NCBI GenBank assembly: GCA_009103225.1
Contig: RHPI01002048.1
Coordinates: forward strand, 520,699-561,632
Length of the DNA stretch: 40,934 nt
DNA from: Chlorokybus atmophyticus
Taxonomy: Eukaryota; Plantae; Mesostigma and Chlorokybus algae
Direction of reading: 5' to 3'
Shown here: piece after piece, positions 34,901 to 40,934 of the stretch
Layout of the letters: each line of letters opens with the position of its first letter
How positions within the stretch are numbered: position 1 is the stretch's first letter
Notes under the pieces: generated by a model
The model's input: the letters and a program-made list of their open reading frames with translations, nothing else
Told to the model about the DNA's origin: nothing
Database searches by the model: none
Program-made: the position numbers and the translations under genes

Positions 34901-37245
34901 CGCGAAGCAAGCGGCGTTTTACGAGGGTGCTGCCGCACGTGCGGTCGTTGCCGGAATGTGCGTGGACCTCTTCGCCATATCCCCAGAGAGCATACATCTG
35001 AGTTGCTTGCAAGTAAGTCACTGTGCATTTTCATCAAAAACTCTCTTTGGGGTATCGTCATCAGTCACGGCAGCGCATTCCTTGCACCTATTGATATTGA
35101 TTGCGAGATTGTCTAGAAAGTTGTACAACAGAAATGGCATGAACAGCCAGCACATTGGCGATGATTGTGATCACAACAAAGGCAACAACAACAACAAAGT
35201 AGTTGGAACTCTCCATTGACTCACTAGCCTCGTTGACAGAGTCTTGCGGCAAGCAGTGGCGGCAGCATGTTGTACGCGTTATCGGTGGAGGACTCCACTC
35301 TTCCTCAGGACGTGTACCGTCTGCTGTCGCGTCCTCGCGCGCTGGGCGGTCTGCTGCGCCTGAGGACGTCCGGCGAGTTCCGCGTCGCGCAGGCGTACGG
35401 CCACTTCTTCGCCGACAAGCGCTACGAGAACCTGCACCACATCATCAGCTGCGACCCGTTCGACACCTACGCGTACGACTTTGAGTTCACAACGGCCACA
35501 GGCTTCAGGTAAACGTGCATGTGCCCTCTGATGTGCACATGTGTTTGTGCGTGCGTGCATGTGCGCTGTTCTTTGCAGGTGCATGCACTAGCGCATGCAC
35601 GCTTGTTTTCTTCTGTGCGCTTGCGTGTGCGCGAGTGTTCATGTGTGCATCGGTAGTTGATGCCTAAAGGCATTGATCATTGTTCCTTGCTGGATTTTTG
35701 TTTGTTGCTCATGCACTACATGTATACAGCCGCTACTTGGATTGCCCACCGACGGTGCAGATGGCATTTCAGTACACTGTTCTTGTCCCCGTGGAAGCTG
35801 TCGAGGACGATGCGTCCAATGGCAGCACCAATCATCACGGGCGGTAAGTAACAGCTTCCAATCTCAACAGCCCCGTGTTATAAGCTATTATCCCAGTCAT
35901 TTTTCACCCAGCAGCTTCGGTATGGGCTTGTGGAGTGTGATGCAACCAGCCATGTTGTCTTACAAACATATGTGCGTGTCATAGATGGATGCTGCAGCGG
36001 CGATTGAGACTGCTGAACGCTCAGGCAAAAGTGGCGCACAAGCTCAACAACCTCTACGATGCGACCAATGCCGACATCGTGCTGACTCTGCTTACGCACA
36101 AAGTCATTGCCGCCACCAGAGAAGAGGTTTGTGTGAAGTGTACATATGCGTCATATGTATTTCGGTTTTGAGGTGGCAACATCTTTGTCATCTCCCTATG
36201 TAACACTGCTGCAGGGCATTCAAGAAGGCAAGGGGTTGCTGCAAGACTGGCTGGTGTTCTTGACGGCGGCCTACTGCGAGCACTACGGATTCGCGCAGAA
36301 GGGCAATCCAGCCATTATGAACGTGGACGTGTCGTTCTCGAAGTGCGCGAGGCTCGGGCCATTGCCGCGACTCGTCTTTGGCATGCTGCGCAGCCCGTTG
36401 TTGAGCGAAGATGTGGATGGCCTGCCTTCTGATGAGCGCATGCACCTGCAGTTCCTCTTCACGTAAGTGGTGTTGCCTTACTCGTCGGGCCTGACACATT
36501 GCCTGCTTTGGGCAGTGTGTCATTGAACAGGGTACTACCAATGGTTTATCATTGCTCCTGATGGAAAGAGCTGGCATTGATGATGTTGTTTCTTTGGTTG
36601 TACACTTTGACAGTGGGTTGGAGCCTACGTGGCTGGTGAGGGCGGTGTACCCGTCGCTGTCATCGTACTCCGATCCTGACCACCTGGCATTCCCGAGGCA
36701 CTCTCTTTCGCGTGCGGCCCTCACCACCAGCAACAGCCCGATATTCCTGCTCGACGCGTACACGGTGTTGATCGTGTATTACGCCTCCACTGCACCACCT
36801 GACATGCCCTTCCCCCCTCCACAACAGAGTGAGCAGTACACCCGCTTTGTGGACGCATGTGGGGCGAGTTTCTCAAGTCTTGTGCATTGGGTTTCGCTAG
36901 CATCACTGCGCTCAGGCATGCTCACACGCACACATATTCATATGATGCGCTTATACATGTGCATGCAAACGCGTGGTCCGCATCTGATCTATCTATCGCT
37001 TCTCTGTTGCAGGTTTACTTCGCAAGACCATCAACGGGATCAAACAGGAGCGCAACGTGACCCCAAGGTTGCTGATGATGCGCGGCGGGTTTGACAACGT
37101 GGAGCCCTTTGAGAGGTATTTGCTAGAAGAGCGCGACGACAGTAGTGGCAGCGGCAGTAGTGTAGGCACCGCTGCGGGCCAGGGGTTCGTCCTGTTCCTG
37201 GACCAAATAGCCCGCGACGTGCGCTGGTATCTCTTGGAACGGTGA
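31918..37245 (+). CDS. SEC23D: Sec23/Sec24 family protein of the divergent plant SEC23D (At2g27460-like) type, 14 exons
   Basis: Exons 31918-31957, 32094-32301, 32613-32743, 33234-33299, 33390-33443, 33914-34092, 34368-34605, 34828-35012, 35240-35508, 35730-35843, 35985-36126, 36215-36462, 36614-36828, 37013-37245; phase-consistent. Motifs recalled from the plant protein: GLPWG, RCENCY..W.C.LC zinc finger, FLELVKSAL.AALEAL.PGALFGLVT, STLPQD.YRLL.RP, YENL.HII.CD, PRHSLSRAAL.TS.SPIFLLDAYT. Confidence 0.9.
33616..33816. repeat. Diverged ~50-bp direct repeat in SEC23D intron 5
   Basis: cacctatacgc..tac.tcttgttgt.ggtac...catacagtacat at about 33616-33667 and about 33761-33817. Confidence 0.7.
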
Positions 37246-38255
37246 TGTTGCATTTGTAGTAACGCTCGTGCGTTAGTGTTGGAAGATGTCCTCTGTATGG
37301 TTAGCTACCATCTGTGTAATTGCCGATTCATTCTCACTGTGGGTAGCGAATCGGCTACTTGGCTGTGGTAGCGTTGTTTGTGCTGCATTGTACATGCAGC
37401 TTCTGAGCACAAGGTTGAACACATCAGGTACCCATGAGCCATTTGTTTTACATCCAAAAAGAAGCGGACACTGCTTGGTCTGCTCGAGAGGGATAGACTA
37501 GCTACGAAAGCGTACAACACTTTAAGTAGTTTTGCTTAGCTTGAAGTGCACTCACCAGTTGCCCAGCAGCTTCTGGTTGGGAAGGTGCTCTGTAGCAAAT
37601 GTGTTCATCTGTAGCAAAAGTGTCCATCTGCAGCATGTACACAGCTGCACCCAATGCCACGGTAGTTTGCATGCTATGGACAACACAAAACTGCCATATC
37701 AAGCGACCTAACATTGTACAACTGCGTATATGGCCATCTGCTGTTCATGCAAATCACATTCTACTGGTGGAATGGTAACAGTTGCAAGTGCCTGGGTAAG
37801 AAACGTGCATACATGTGGTGTCAGTAGTAGCGGCAGTGTAAGTAGAGTAGAGCAGCCCGGTGGTAAACATGATAATGATGGTGTTGGCCTGTATGCTGCA
37901 TACTGATCACACTCCTTGCTTGTAAAATGCATGCGCCATTGCACGCCACATTGTATTTACAAACCGTAAGATACGCCCACACCAGCAGCTGCAACACCAG
38001 GTGGTCTTAGGACAGTTTGATTGAAATGCAAATTGCGCAATTCAATGCTTTTGCAGTGCTGCCGCACAGCCATGTAGCTATGTGCCATAGCCAGAGGGCC
38101 AGCCAATGAGCTGTATTTCATAATTTTGCAACAAGGTGACTTATGCGCGCAGTGGAGCTAAACAGTCTGGTCAAATTCAGGACAAGGCTACCTACCTCTT
38201 CACAGGGGCTGCATCTGACACTAACAGCCACGTACCGTACTCCAGGCCGCACATT

Positions 38256-40296
38256 CTACTTGAGCCGATAGCTTTTTCCTTGAAACGCCTGAAACTTTGG
38301 GCCCTCGTCCTCCTTTTTCGGCTCTTCTGTCTTCGGTGCTTCCTGCAATCAACAAGTAGGGCAAAACCTTCAAATAACCTCTTGCAAGGCGTGCATTTGT
38401 GTAAGCATCATATGCGAGTGCGCGCGTGTGTGCATGTCATAACAAGTGCGTGACTTTCACAAGTGCTGACTACACAATGTGCAAACCTTTGATTGTTGCG
38501 GTTGCGACGGTCTGCTTCCAAACACCAGCTTGCCGGCAGGCAAGCCGGAGGCGGGGCCGTTCGTGGCGGATGATGACGACGGCCCCGCTGCCGCCGGCGC
38601 TGTTGTTGTTGCTGCTGCTGAAGGCACGGGCGAGGGCGTGCGCACGGGCGTGGAAGAAGCGCTGGTTGCTGGGCTTGTTTTCGCGGCTGCCTTGCCATCC
38701 AACCTGCAATTGCACAAACACAAAGCAACACACTTGACACCTTGCAATCAAGATTCATGTCACCCCGCAGTGTCACTTGCACGTTGACGGGCACAGCAAA
38801 GTGAGATTGCTAATGCACACACCTGCGTGCTGAACCGGTGAAGGCGGAAAACTTGGGTTCTTCTGACGGTGCCTCGGGTGCGGGCGCTGTCGACGTTTGA
38901 GGCTGCGCTGCGGGCTGTACAGCTGCGACGCAAAGCAACACAGGGCTTGACAACGCATGCGCATGCGCATGCTTTGCGCATACATGGCGGGCACATCAAC
39001 ATGCATCAAGCTGCAACACCGCAACTTAATGTTGGCACATGTTCTGTGCGTATGTCCAACACACCTGGGATGGGAGCAGCAGGTGCTGGGCGCACGGGTT
39101 CAACATAGTCCAACGGCGGCGCAAAGTCGACCTCGCAGTCGGTCTCAATGATGGACACGGCGTGGCTGGGCTTTGTCTCCACGATGTCTATGTAGTACTT
39201 CTTGTTGTTGTATGCCACCATTATGCTGTCGCCCGATGTCAAGCACGAGAAACTCCGCAGGCTTGTTTCAAGGCTGCAGCAGCAAACAGTATTATCAAGC
39301 GCACACGCAGTTGGTAGCAGAGCAGTTACCAGACATCCAATGACAAGCTTCGTGGTGTTTATAGTTGACATGCATGCAAAGATCGCATTCCCGCAATGTG
39401 CGCGTGCGTGACACTGTATGAGCGTGCACACGAATGTAAACCAACACCACCCGTCATGTTCGCAAACAATGCCAAGCGGCGACCATCACAGCATAAAGAA
39501 GCTGTACTTACACAGCCTTAGGGTTGGTGATTTCCAGAAAATCTGAGCTGTGCGGTCTCAACTTGACATACGTGCCCTTTGGTAGAGTTGCCGAGCGCAA
39601 TTTCACCAAATCACCCTCCTCCAACAGCAAGTTCTGCATCATCTGGAGCAGGCATGCAGTTTCAGATCATGCATACGTATTCGGATGCGCGCCCATGTGA
39701 GAGAGGTATTGCAAGCGAAGACACTTGGAGCCTGAAGCCTTTCATGCGCACCCAGTATGGCATGTAGATAACACCCTCATCGGCAATGAACTCCAGCACT
39801 CCGCAGTGTGAGCGCCGCCCCTCCGCGCCATTTTCAATTTCAAATAGCATGGGATACTCTATATGTAGTGATGCTGCGGGAGAAAGATGACATGTGGTCA
39901 TGCCCTAACCCACATCAAGCATGCACCACACGCTGCAATGACGCACGCAAGGCACAACCCAGCTTGGAGAGGCATACCTAATCTGTCCAACGCGGATGGT
40001 GGCAGTATGACTGCACACAGACAAACACAACAGTCAACACATGCAGTGTGAGGCATACAGCTGCGTTTGCAAATGCGTGCATGAACAAATGCCCCAAAAC
40101 AACGCGAAGTAAAACCAACCTTTGTCTCCATTCTCCAAGTGTGGCTGTCACGGCAGATAGATTGTGTTAGTGCAAAACATGCATGAACATGTATTAACAC
40201 TGTGTAAACGCTCAAGCGTAAGTTCTGCCCACCTTGTCTATGAAGGACACGGAGTAGCACACGTAGTTCTGTTCGAAATTTTCTGTAGGCGGCGGC
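38256..40296 (-). CDS. UFD1: Ubiquitin fusion degradation protein 1 (Cdc48/p97 cofactor); 9 exons found, start exon not located
   Basis: Exons 40296-40233, 40144-40120, 40010-39978, 39873-39752, 39642-39512, 39273-39065, 38922-38823, 38703-38487, 38342-38256. Motifs: [106 protein letters not shown]. Confidence 0.96.
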
Positions 40297-40934
40297 CTGT
40301 AGCCAAAAAACTGACACAATACATACCAGTCAAAACAGCTCACGCAAAGCAACCATTGTTTCAAGCTGAGTGAAATGATTTATCAAGCTGAGATCACTCA
40401 GCGATTACGTTTCAGTAGCTAGCGCACAAAGCATGCAAGCAGTATGGAATGAGCGCAAGCAGTGCGCTGACACGACAGCTTGTAATTGTGTTGTCAAGCA
40501 GCTTCCACACAAGCACACAAGCCAGCAAGCCAACAAGCAGGCAAGCCAGTGAGTTGTTGAGAGTGAAGCTTCTACAACACTAACCATGACGCCTTTGGCC
40601 TGCGGAGCAACCTGCCTGACGACCAAGCAAGCAAGCGGACCAACGATCAGCGTAAACCAGCAGCACTCTGTTTGTGCTGAGCTGAGTCGGCCAAAACAAA
40701 TTGCGCTTTGATGGTTCTTTGGCTTGGCTCAGCCAAGTTGGCTGGGGGGTTTTCGTCTCCTGCGCATCCCTCGTTGTAGGAAAGCCTTTGTCAAGGACTA
40801 GTGATGGCGAATCCCCTCTGACTCACGAGTCGTGAGAGTTTATCACCGGTGCAAGCGAATTGATGTTTGCCCCCGTACATGGCAAATGATGGTGATGCAA
40901 CTCTCTCTATCTCTCCCTACCCCCCCCCCCCCAC

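Noticed and set aside
1035-40232. Introner-like repeated introns or U12-type introns
   Set aside because: Introns share only low-complexity TGCA/CA motifs, and no (G/A)TATCCTT donor was found.
7724-40296. Functional cluster of proteostasis/trafficking genes (PCO, PI31, UFD1, RabGGTB, SEC23D)
   Set aside because: These are unrelated housekeeping genes interspersed with others; there is no shared regulatory signature beyond generic motifs, so chance adjacency is sufficient.
1-40934. CRISPR array, tRNA or rRNA genes
   Set aside because: No repeat-spacer array, cloverleaf or rRNA-like sequence detected by eye.

Overview
Gene-dense eukaryotic nuclear DNA with many short spliceosomal introns, the standard genetic code and GC-rich exons. 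Plant-type telo-boxes and plant-like orthologues suggest a green alga, probably an early-diverging streptophyte (inference). By manual splicing with phase checks I reconstructed 11 protein-coding genes: RPS2 (-, truncated at the left edge), RBBP5/Swd1 (+), cysteine oxidase PCO/ADO (-), a DnaJ-type zinc-finger protein (+), PI31 (+), CCA-adding enzyme (-), APT (-), Rab-GGTase beta (+), a bacterial-type CorA Mg2+ channel (+), a SEC23D-like Sec23/24 protein (+) and UFD1 (-, first exon not located). Three gene pairs are head-to-head. There are two assembly gaps, a decayed repeat-like block at about 4.8-7.55 kb and poorly explained intergenic blocks at about 15-17.5 kb and 30.4-31.8 kb. I found no unmistakable new multi-gene system. 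The strongest oddities are five GC-AG introns among about 80 (one in-frame and stop-free), an intron-containing prokaryote-like CorA, a densely structured ~250-nt segment upstream of the UFD1 coding exons, plus-strand pseudogene fragments whose stops all look like C>T changes in Gln codons, and a half-CXC Cys motif on the RBBP5 tail.
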